Assembly (NCBI GenBank): GCA_036351155.1
Contig: JAZBOO010000067.1
Coordinates: 1-10,391, forward strand
DNA from: Candidatus Krumholzibacteriia bacterium
GTDB lineage: Bacteria; Krumholzibacteriota; Krumholzibacteriia; LZORAL124-64-63
Length of the DNA: 10,391 bases
Direction: 5' to 3'
The notes below the pieces were generated by a model. It ran no database searches and was not told where the DNA came from. It saw only the letters and a list, made by a program, of their open reading frames with translations. Of the stretch, positions 1-6,634 are shown in pieces. Within the stretch, counting starts at the first letter, position 1, and each line of letters opens with the position of its first letter. The translations under genes were made by a program, and so were the position numbers.

Positions 1-2
1 GA

Positions 3-761
3 AACACCGAGTTCGTGGTGGGCCACCTGTCCGACGACAGCGACAATCTGTACACTGGAGTCACCCTCTGGTCGGCGCCGCAAGAAGGCGGCTATGTCCT
101 GGACCAGAGTGATACGGGCGGTCATCGGGACTATGGCACCGGTGATTTCACGGAAACTCTCGCGGCCAACCAAATCGTGGACATCTATCAGGCTCTGCTT
201 GAATCGGGGGTCACCTACCACTTCCGGCTGGCCAAGCTCTCAGGCAACGACGATCTGCAGATGGCGCTGTTTCCCGCCGTCGGAGTCCACGGCCGAACAG
301 GCGGTCTGGTGTATTCGGAAAATCCGGACGCCACCGTGCAGGTCATCGAGTTCACGGCCACGGCCAGTGCGTGGTTCCCGATCGTGGTTTATCGCACCGA
401 TGGCGACAATCTGGGGACCTCGCTGCAGTATCAGATGTCGTGGGGTGAAGGATCGGTTTCGCCGGTGGAGGCCGAAGCCGCCTCGGTATTCTACTTCCGC
501 GGCGGGTATCCCAATCCATCCCAAAACAACACCACCATGCAGTTCTCGCTGCCGAGCGAGGGCCCGGTGAGGATGACCATTCACAACGTGCGTGGGCAGC
601 GGGTCAGGACTCTGATCCACGAGACGCTGGGCGCAGGACGTCACGAACGAAACTGGAACGGACGCGACGACCAAGGCAGCACGGTCGCTTCAGGCGTCTA
701 CTGGGTGCGTCTGGAGGCCGCTGGAGAAACCCAGACCAAGCGGGTCACCTTGGTGCGCTAG
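3..761 (+). CDS. Secreted protein with C-terminal FlgD Ig-like / T9SS type-A-like sorting domain (5' partial)
   Basis: The frame is open from the window edge (AAC ACC GAG TTC GTG...), so the GTG at 15 is not a true start. The last ~90 aa (YPNPSQNNTTMQFSLPSEGPVRMTIHNVRGQRVRTL...WNGRDDQGSTVASGVYWVRL...TKRVTLVR) match the YPNP...I(Y/H)NxxG..V..L...WDG.D..G..VASGVY pattern. The upstream part resembles a beta-sandwich PPC-like module. Stop TAG at 759-761. Confidence 0.85.
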   Translation, partial: NTEFVVGHLSDDSDNLYTGVTLWSAPQEGGYVLDQSDTGGHRDYGTGDFTETLAANQIVDIYQALLESGVTYHFRLAKLSGNDDLQMALFPAVGVHGRTGGLVYSENPDATVQVIEFTATASAWFPIVVYRTDGDNLGTSLQYQMSWGEGSVSPVEAEAASVFYFRGGYPNPSQNNTTMQFSLPSEGPVRMTIHNVRGQRVRTLIHETLGAGRHERNWNGRDDQGSTVASGVYWVRLEAAGETQTKRVTLVR

Positions 762-779
762 TTCAGTTCCGGCTTGACC

Positions 780-816
780 AAAAGGCCCACTCTGGCTGAC
801 CAGGGTGGGCCTTTTT
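780..816 (+). terminator. Intrinsic terminator, probably bidirectional
   Basis: AAAAGGCCCACTCTGG-CTGA-CCAGGGTGGGCCTTTTT: 16-bp stem with one G-U pair, 4-nt loop, T-tract on the 3' side and A-tract on the 5' side, 18 nt after the stop codon. Confidence 0.9.
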
Positions 817-823
817 CTGCGTA

Positions 824-888
824 TTGATATCTCCAGCTATACTGAGTACCTTATTCGACTTGAAAAAAGACAATGTTAAACCTACGGT
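824..888 (+). promoter_or_regulatory. Two candidate tandem sigma70-type promoters for thyX
   Basis: TTGATA(824-829)-N17-TACCTT(847-852) and TTGAAA(860-865)-N17-TACGGT(883-888), in an AT-rich stretch between the terminator and thyX. Confidence 0.45.
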
Positions 889-934
889 ATTCAAAGAACG
901 TCAAATACTCTCCCCAAGCAGAGCAGGTCTCGTT

Positions 935-1861
935 GTGGATAAAGCTGAGAAGCTGTCGCGGCCCGGTAGCGGCCCCCTTGATGAAATCCTTGGACATCCC
1001 TTCAAGGTCCTCGACGACGGCCTGATTCGTGTGGTCGACTACATGGGCAACGACAACGCCGTGGTCCAGGCCGCCCGCGTCAGCTACGGTGCCGGGACCA
1101 AGAAGGTGAGCGACGACCGCGGCCTGATCCGCTATCTGCTGCAACACCGCCACACCACCCCCTTCGAGATGTGTTCCCTGAAGCTGCACGTGCGTGTGCC
1201 CATGGACGCCTGGCGGCAGTGGATACGTCACAGAATGGCCTCTACAAATGAATATAGCACACGCTATTCGGTGGCCATCAACGCCAGCCAGAAAACAGCC
1301 CCTGACGAGTGGCGCACCCAGGCGGTGGACAACAAGCAGGGCAGCGGCGAGGCCCTGGACCCCAGCGTAGGAGCCCACCTGACCGCGTCCGAGCAGGAAC
1401 TCCACACCCTGGCCCGCCATGTTTACCAGACCCGGATCGACACCGGAGTGGCCCGGGAACAGGCCCGCAAGGATCTGCCCCTGTGCACCTACACCGAGGC
1501 CTACTGGAAGATCGACCTGCACAACCTGCTGCACTTCCTGGCCCTGCGCATGGACAGCCACGCCCAGAAGGAGATCCGCGATTACGCCACCATCATCGGC
1601 GAGCAGATCGTGGCCCGCTGGGTGCCTCTGACCTGGGAGGCTTTCCAGGATTTCCGGTTCCAGGGCATGGTGTTTTCGCGGATAGAAACGGAGATCATGG
1701 CGGCCATTGGCCAGGGCGACCTGGCCCAGGCCAAGGCACAGGCAGAGGAAGCCGGCTGGTTGCGGCCCAGCAAGAAGGGCGGGTTGATCCGCAGCCGCGA
1801 GCGCATGGAGTTCGAGGAGAAGCTGCGGCAGTTGAACCTCGCGGTGCCCTGGGAAGAATAG
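935..1861 (+). CDS. thyX: FAD-dependent thymidylate synthase ThyX
   Basis: Motifs VVQAARVSYG, HTTPFE, RQWIRHRMASTNEYSTRY (ThyX RHRx7SxR signature), REQARKDLP, NLLHFLALR and HAQKEIR. Start placed at GTG 935 (weak SD GCAGGT upstream) because the 824-934 extension is AT-rich and promoter-like. The exact start is uncertain. Confidence 0.96.
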   Translation: MDKAEKLSRPGSGPLDEILGHPFKVLDDGLIRVVDYMGNDNAVVQAARVSYGAGTKKVSDDRGLIRYLLQHRHTTPFEMCSLKLHVRVPMDAWRQWIRHRMASTNEYSTRYSVAINASQKTAPDEWRTQAVDNKQGSGEALDPSVGAHLTASEQELHTLARHVYQTRIDTGVAREQARKDLPLCTYTEAYWKIDLHNLLHFLALRMDSHAQKEIRDYATIIGEQIVARWVPLTWEAFQDFRFQGMVFSRIETEIMAAIGQGDLAQAKAQAEEAGWLRPSKKGGLIRSRERMEFEEKLRQLNLAVPWEE

Positions 1862-1882
1862 GCCGGCCGATTTCGGCCGGCC
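1861..1882. terminator. GC-rich hairpin between convergent thyX and cytochrome genes
   Basis: Perfect inverted repeat GGCCGGCCGA-TT-TCGGCCGGCC beginning at the last base of the thyX stop. It has no U-tract, so it is a terminator or 3'-stabilising stem. Confidence 0.6.
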
Positions 1883-1904
1883 CTGATCACTGCGGGCCAG
1901 AAGG

Positions 1905-3377
1905 TCAGTCGACCATGACCACCTTGGCGGTCGCCTGCACGTCTCCACTCTGGTAGCGCAGGAAATACACCCCGGAGCTGACCGGCCGGCCCTTGGCATC
2001 TCGCCCATCCCAGCGCAGACTGACATCCTGGTCCGCCCGGTCGGTCCGCATCATTCTGACCGTCTGCCCCTTGACGTTGAAGACCATCAACCGTCCATCG
2101 CTCTGGCGTGAAGGACCGGCCATGATGGTGCAGCCGCTTCCGGCGGTGGCCGGCGAGGGAAAAACCTTCAATCCGGGATAGTTACCCACGATTTCCTCCT
2201 CCACCGCACTGACCGCCATGACTCCATGGGGCCCAGGTCCGCTCGGGTTCACCCCATGGCAAACCCGACAATCGCTCAGGGTGCCCGCATGGCCCTGCAG
2301 ATCCATCATGACCTGGTTGTCCACGGCTTCGCGGCTGGGGAAAATAGCGTGCGGGCTGTTGTGACAGGCGGAGCAAAGTACCCCGCCATGACCCCGGGCG
2401 TTGCGATAGAGAACCCCCGCGGGTTCGCCGTAGGTGCTGGTATGACAGGTACCGCAAGCGGGCTCATCCACCCAGGGGATACGCCCATTCTCAATGCTGG
2501 AGGCAACCTGTCCCATGTCGCCGTGGCAATCCTGGCAGATCATCCCGAAATCGTTGCCCATGGTTCCACGCAGGCAACGGGTATTGGGCCCGGGGTGACA
2601 CTTCTGACAGGCTGCCAGGCCGCCAATGGTCTCGTCCATGAAGTCATGTTTGTCATGAATACGGCGGGAGAACCAACCCGCGCTCCCGGGACTGGGCCCG
2701 GTCAGGGGCGTGGAGCCGTGACACTGGGCACACAGAATCGGTGTGGCCGTGGGATCGAATCCATCTTCATCCTCATGCGCGTTGAGAATGGAAGTCTCGC
2801 TGCTGTGGCAGCCTGTGGAAACGCAACTCATCTCCACACTGACAGGAGCCACCGGGTAGGCACGCGCCAGCTCCAGGCCTTCGCTGTCGCGAAGGATGAC
2901 CTCGGCCACCTGGTAGGGAACCTCGACGGTCGGAGCATCATCGTTGAACGGGGTCAAGGGGATCCCCTCCGCCACGAAAAGATCTCCATGCACATCAAAA
3001 ACATCATCCAGAGTTTTTCCCGTCAGACCGACATTGTCTTCCAGCGCCACGCCAAACAGAGCCTCAGCATGGGTCCAGAAATCCGTCTTTCCCACCGAGT
3101 AGGTGTTTCCCGGGAAGCGATACTCCAATTGCAATCCCTCGGTGGTGACCAACGGTAGATTGTCGGCATCCCCCACGCGGATCACCTGGGCTTGAAAAGT
3201 GTTGTAGGGGGGAAGAACCGAGAGAATGGCGTGGTCCCGGTTCATGCAGTGCATGCCCAGGTCGTTGCTGATCAAAAAGATGTACTGATTGGTCTGGGCC
3301 GATGCCGCTGTACCGAGCGCCAGCCATACCACCGCCACCATTGCCCACGAGATGAGCATCCGTGATACCTTTTTCAT
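1905..3377 (-). CDS. Exported multiheme c-type cytochrome (6 CxxCH + 1 Cx4CH) with C-terminal FlgD Ig-like/T9SS-type domain
   Basis: Sec signal peptide (MKKVSR + hydrophobic core + ASA|Q) and N-terminal NDLGMHC motif. Heme motifs: CVSTGCH (aa185-191), CAQCH (216), CQKCH (257), CQDCH (281), CGTCH (308), CSACH (335), CRVCH (370). C-terminal VFPSP...VFNVKGQTVR...WDGRDAKGRPVSSGVYFLR. SD AAGGGGGA upstream of the ATG. Confidence 0.9.
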   Translation of the reverse strand: MKKVSRMLISWAMVAVVWLALGTAASAQTNQYIFLISNDLGMHCMNRDHAILSVLPPYNTFQAQVIRVGDADNLPLVTTEGLQLEYRFPGNTYSVGKTDFWTHAEALFGVALEDNVGLTGKTLDDVFDVHGDLFVAEGIPLTPFNDDAPTVEVPYQVAEVILRDSEGLELARAYPVAPVSVEMSCVSTGCHSSETSILNAHEDEDGFDPTATPILCAQCHGSTPLTGPSPGSAGWFSRRIHDKHDFMDETIGGLAACQKCHPGPNTRCLRGTMGNDFGMICQDCHGDMGQVASSIENGRIPWVDEPACGTCHTSTYGEPAGVLYRNARGHGGVLCSACHNSPHAIFPSREAVDNQVMMDLQGHAGTLSDCRVCHGVNPSGPGPHGVMAVSAVEEEIVGNYPGLKVFPSPATAGSGCTIMAGPSRQSDGRLMVFNVKGQTVRMMRTDRADQDVSLRWDGRDAKGRPVSSGVYFLRYQSGDVQATAKVVMVD

Positions 3378-3462
3378 GACTTCCCCCTTTATCGATCAAC
3401 AATTCCATCACCTTAGAAGCAAACGAGATTCGCATACCAAAGAACCAGGTGTTTCATTTCAA

Positions 3463-3492
3463 CAAAATAATAATGCTTTATCATTTTGACAA
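3463..3492 (-). promoter_or_regulatory. Candidate promoter of the cytochrome gene overlapped by a Fur-family-like palindromic operator
   Basis: On the minus strand, TTGTCA(3492-3487)-N17-TATTTT(3469-3464). The 26-bp imperfect palindrome CAAAATAATAATGCTTTATCATTTTG (3463-3488, 11 of 13 pairs) covers the spacer and the -10 element. Confidence 0.5.
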
Positions 3493-3592
3493 TGAACAAC
3501 GAATTGCATTTTGTCGCCATGAACACCTGCGTGGCGATCTGGGTGCCCGATGGGGCGGGTGCCCCTCTTACGCTGGCCCCCATCGAAGACCC

Positions 3593-4378
3593 TCAGGATT
3601 CCAGGTACTTTTCCCAGGACATCTCCCGCCCAGGGTACAGGATCTTGCCCAGCGGCCACTGGTTCTCCATCCAGTAGCGGACGTCCCTGCCCAGGACCTG
3701 GTCCCGCCCCCTCGCCGCCTCTTCGGCGGTCACCCAGTACAGGACATCGGCCTGGGCATCGGTCCGGCGGGACGGGTAGATATAGACACACCCCACGCAC
3801 CGATCTCCGAATCGTGAGCGCACCGTGTAGACAAAACCACTACGGTCTCTGAATTCCTGCTCGTGCCAGGCCAGAACTTGGCGGTTTTCCTCCAGCGTCA
3901 CTCCCTGTGGCCAGGCGTCCCCCGCTCCGAAAGTCCCCTGGAGATGCTCCACGCTGCCCATCAAGGCGGCGTGGTCCAGCTCGGCATCGGCCGCGGCGAT
4001 GGGACGCAGCACGAAGTTGTCCGTGATCAGAAGAGTGGGCGGCTGGAAATCCGCAGGCACGAACCGCAAGCGCTTCAGGTGGATGATGGCGTCGGGGTTG
4101 TCAGGGTCCAGTTCCAGGGTGCGGGCGAAGGCCGCTTCAGCCACTGTGCGGTGACCGGCCAGCACATTCAGCTGGCCGCGCACACTGTGGGTGCGGTAGT
4201 CCTCGGGACAGGCGTGGGCCAGGGAATCGATCGCCGCCAGGGCCAGGTCTTGCTCCCCCTCCTGGAACCGGGCCACAATGCGCGTCAGTTCCTGGTGCAT
4301 CGGGTCATCGGCCTGAACCGGGCCGGGAAGAACAAGGGAAGCCAGAAGAAGGATCAAGACCAGAATCGTGCTTTGCAT
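3593..4378 (-). CDS. Signal-peptide-bearing TPR + GNAT-like (RimL/RimJ-like fold) protein
   Basis: Start ATG 4378 with SD GGAAGGGA. Signal peptide MQSTILVLILLLASLVLPGPVQA|D. TPR-like segment (...AEAAFARTLELDPDNPDAIIHL). C-terminal domain with FVLRPIAAADAELD...FVYTV...CVGCVYIYP...VLYWV, typical of GNAT/RimL-like proteins. Confidence 0.7.
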   Translation of the reverse strand: MQSTILVLILLLASLVLPGPVQADDPMHQELTRIVARFQEGEQDLALAAIDSLAHACPEDYRTHSVRGQLNVLAGHRTVAEAAFARTLELDPDNPDAIIHLKRLRFVPADFQPPTLLITDNFVLRPIAAADAELDHAALMGSVEHLQGTFGAGDAWPQGVTLEENRQVLAWHEQEFRDRSGFVYTVRSRFGDRCVGCVYIYPSRRTDAQADVLYWVTAEEAARGRDQVLGRDVRYWMENQWPLGKILYPGREMSWEKYLES

Positions 4379-4441
4379 CGCGCATCCCTTCCATTGGGTA
4401 GTCAATTGCCCATGGGAAAAGACGCGTGAGCGAGTCGGTGG

Positions 4442-5647
4442 TTACAGGTCGTTGATCAAAGCCTGCAACTCGGGCTTGATCCTGGCCGGCGTGGTCCGGT
4501 GCAACCGGAGCTGGTGGCAGTGGTTGAACTTCAGGAAGGCCGGCAGTTCCTTGCGCAGAGCCCGCAAAAATGCATCGGTTTTCAGGGCACTGGGCTCCAG
4601 GGCGAGATGCAGTACATGGAGCAGTGATCCATTTCTCTCGGCTCGGCAGTCCATGCGGGCCACCAGTTTTCCATCCCACAGTATGGGCAGGGAAAAGTAG
4701 CCGTATCGGCGCCGGGGTTCCGGAACATAGCACTCGATCAGATAGTCAAAGCCAAACAGCGCCTGCATGCGTTTGCGCTGTATGACCAGATTGTCGAATG
4801 GGGATAGTATTTTCAGCTTGTTGCGGGCCAGGGGCTGCTGGAGCAGCTCCAGTGAATTCGGCAGGGCATGGTAGAACTGCTTGTCGACCCGAACCTGGCT
4901 CAGATCTCCGGAAGAAACCATGTCCTTCATGGTCGCCGAAACCAGCGATTTGGTGTCTTTCAACAAGTAGGCGATTTCACCCGGCTGTCCCAGACCGTTC
5001 GCGCGCAAATATCGGGTGATCAGAAACCGCGCGTGTTCCTCTGGATCAGGCAAGGTCACGTCGGTCCCCTCTGGCAGAACCCGCTCGGTGAGATCGTAGA
5101 CCTTCTGAAAATTGACACGGCCCGGCACCATGAGCTCGCCCTGCATGAACAGATATTCCAGCGCCCGCTTGGCGGGCTTGGCTTGCCATTCCCCCGTCTT
5201 TTTCCCGGTATGCGCAAAATCCCTGGCCATCAAGGGTCCCTCGGCGGCAATGCGCTTGAGCACCAGGTCCATCATGCGTTCATCGCGCGCATACCAGTGC
5301 CTCAGATCACCACGTGCGAGTGCGTATTTGCGAGGCAAGCTGTATCGGAAGTCTCGAAAAGGGAGATAGGCTGCTGCATGCGACCAGTATTCAAAAACCT
5401 GCTTGTCGGCCAGCAATGCATCCAGCTGTGCCGCCTTGTAACGGGGGTTGCGATTCCAGAGAGTGTGATGGTGGGCACGCTGCACCACGGAGATGGTGTC
5501 GATCTGGATATAGCCCAGGTGTTCAATCGCCGCGAGAGTGGCGGCCGTGGCCGTGCCCGCTTGTCTGACCGGCGGCACCCGCTGGGCAAGCAGCACCAGT
5601 TTCCGGGCTTGTTGCAGGGAAAGTGATTCTATCCGGACCACATTCAT
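4442..5647 (-). CDS. ycaQ: YcaQ/AlkZ-family (HTH_42 winged-helix) interstrand-crosslink DNA glycosylase
   Basis: 401 aa. LGYIQIDTISVVQRAHHHTLWNR contains the QxD catalytic motif. Also FEYWSHAAAYLP, NFQKVYDLTERVLP, ILSPFDNLVIQRKR and FGFDYLIECYVPEPRRRYGYFSLPILW, all characteristic of YcaQ. Confidence 0.9.
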   Translation of the reverse strand: MNVVRIESLSLQQARKLVLLAQRVPPVRQAGTATAATLAAIEHLGYIQIDTISVVQRAHHHTLWNRNPRYKAAQLDALLADKQVFEYWSHAAAYLPFRDFRYSLPRKYALARGDLRHWYARDERMMDLVLKRIAAEGPLMARDFAHTGKKTGEWQAKPAKRALEYLFMQGELMVPGRVNFQKVYDLTERVLPEGTDVTLPDPEEHARFLITRYLRANGLGQPGEIAYLLKDTKSLVSATMKDMVSSGDLSQVRVDKQFYHALPNSLELLQQPLARNKLKILSPFDNLVIQRKRMQALFGFDYLIECYVPEPRRRYGYFSLPILWDGKLVARMDCRAERNGSLLHVLHLALEPSALKTDAFLRALRKELPAFLKFNHCHQLRLHRTTPARIKPELQALINDL

Positions 5648-5653
5648 CCCGAA

Positions 5654-6397
5654 CTATTCATCCGAGGCGAACGGGAACCACCGCACCCCGGCCTGCAGGG
5701 CAATGCCGCCCACCGTGACCTTGAAATCCTCGGTGCCGAAGAGGGTGTCCCCGGTCTTGGCCGTCGAATACTGCAGGGAAACGAACCCCTCGGTGTGCCG
5801 CCCGAAAGACGGCACCAGGATGCCCGCTCCCACCACCAGTCCCATCGCATCGATGTCGTCGGAGATGACCTGGAAATCGCCGTTGAAAAATTCATTGCCG
5901 AACTGGTCCCCCGAACCGACACTTTCCGTCAAGGTCACATCCACCTTGACCCGCGTCAGATCCAGCCCCCCGAAAACGAAGTACTTCAGGTCCGCATCCG
6001 GGGCATAGACGGCCAGCAATTCGGTGGTGCCCTGGCTCCAGTCCATTGTCAGGCTCTGCGAATAGTAGGTTGTGTTGTTGCTCTCCGAATAGCTTTGAAT
6101 GGACGTCTTGGGAATGCCCAGACTGTAGGTGGCTTGAAGGGCCAGGTTATCGCTGAGGCGGTAGCCGACCAGGGGCCTCACCCCCAGCAGGAAGTTGTCG
6201 TTCCAGAAGAAGCCCACGGCGCCATCTTCCCCTGTGGACAGCGGTTCCCGGACCTTGAAGGAGACGCCATCCCAGCTTCCGTTGCCCGGAACCATCTGGA
6301 TCAGGCCACCACCGCCCACGAAAAATCCCGTTTCGGCCAGGCTGCCCGTGGCCAGGAAAAGTATGGTCCACACCATCATCAGAACGCACAATCTCAT
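5654..6397 (-). CDS. Outer-membrane beta-barrel protein (OmpA/OmpW-like membrane domain)
   Basis: Signal peptide (…LATGSLA|E) and SD CAGGAG. Amphipathic strands with an aromatic girdle (GFFVGGGG, VGYRLSDNLALQATY, YFVFGGL, GLVVGAG, FVSLQY, IALQAGVRWF). Confidence 0.75.
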   Translation of the reverse strand: MRLCVLMMVWTILFLATGSLAETGFFVGGGGLIQMVPGNGSWDGVSFKVREPLSTGEDGAVGFFWNDNFLLGVRPLVGYRLSDNLALQATYSLGIPKTSIQSYSESNNTTYYSQSLTMDWSQGTTELLAVYAPDADLKYFVFGGLDLTRVKVDVTLTESVGSGDQFGNEFFNGDFQVISDDIDAMGLVVGAGILVPSFGRHTEGFVSLQYSTAKTGDTLFGTEDFKVTVGGIALQAGVRWFPFASDE

Positions 6398-6480
6398 CGT
6401 TTAACTCCTGGGGTTGGCCACCGGCTGGACACCCTGTCCTTGGCCACGAAGCCGGACGATTCCTGACCCGAATGCCACAT

Positions 6481-6634
6481 CGCACGACAATAATATAAGG
6501 TATTTGTTGACAAAATGTTAGCCACCACAAACACAATCCCTACCAAATGATTAACATTTTCTTGGGTTCGGGCCCTCCGCGTGTTTTTTTTGGGGAGAAC
6601 AACACCACGTACCCTGAACTGGAGGAACCTGACC
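6481..6634. promoter_or_regulatory. AT-rich divergent promoter region (OMP gene versus serine operon)
   Basis: TTGACA at 6507-6512; inverted repeat AAAATGTTA (6512-6520) / TAACATTTT (6552-6560); SD GGAGGA at 6621-6626. The -10 elements could not be assigned with confidence. Confidence 0.4.

Noticed and set aside
824..934. N-terminal extension of ThyX from TTG 824
   Set aside because: AT-rich, promoter-like, no SD, and unlike ThyX sequence.
3504..3520. Sigma54-like TGGCGACAAAATGCAA on the minus strand upstream of the cytochrome
   Set aside because: GG-to-GC spacing is 9 nt rather than the required 10.
3788..3799. CVGC in the TPR/GNAT protein as a heme-binding site
   Set aside because: It is followed by Val, not His, so it is not CxxCH.
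6561..6610. Riboswitch or attenuator in the serine operon leader (T8 tract at 6584-6591, weak hairpins)
   Set aside because: Stems are only 4-5 bp. No glycine, T-box, THF or ZTP consensus was recognised and there is no Ser-rich leader peptide. An Rfam cmscan would settle it.
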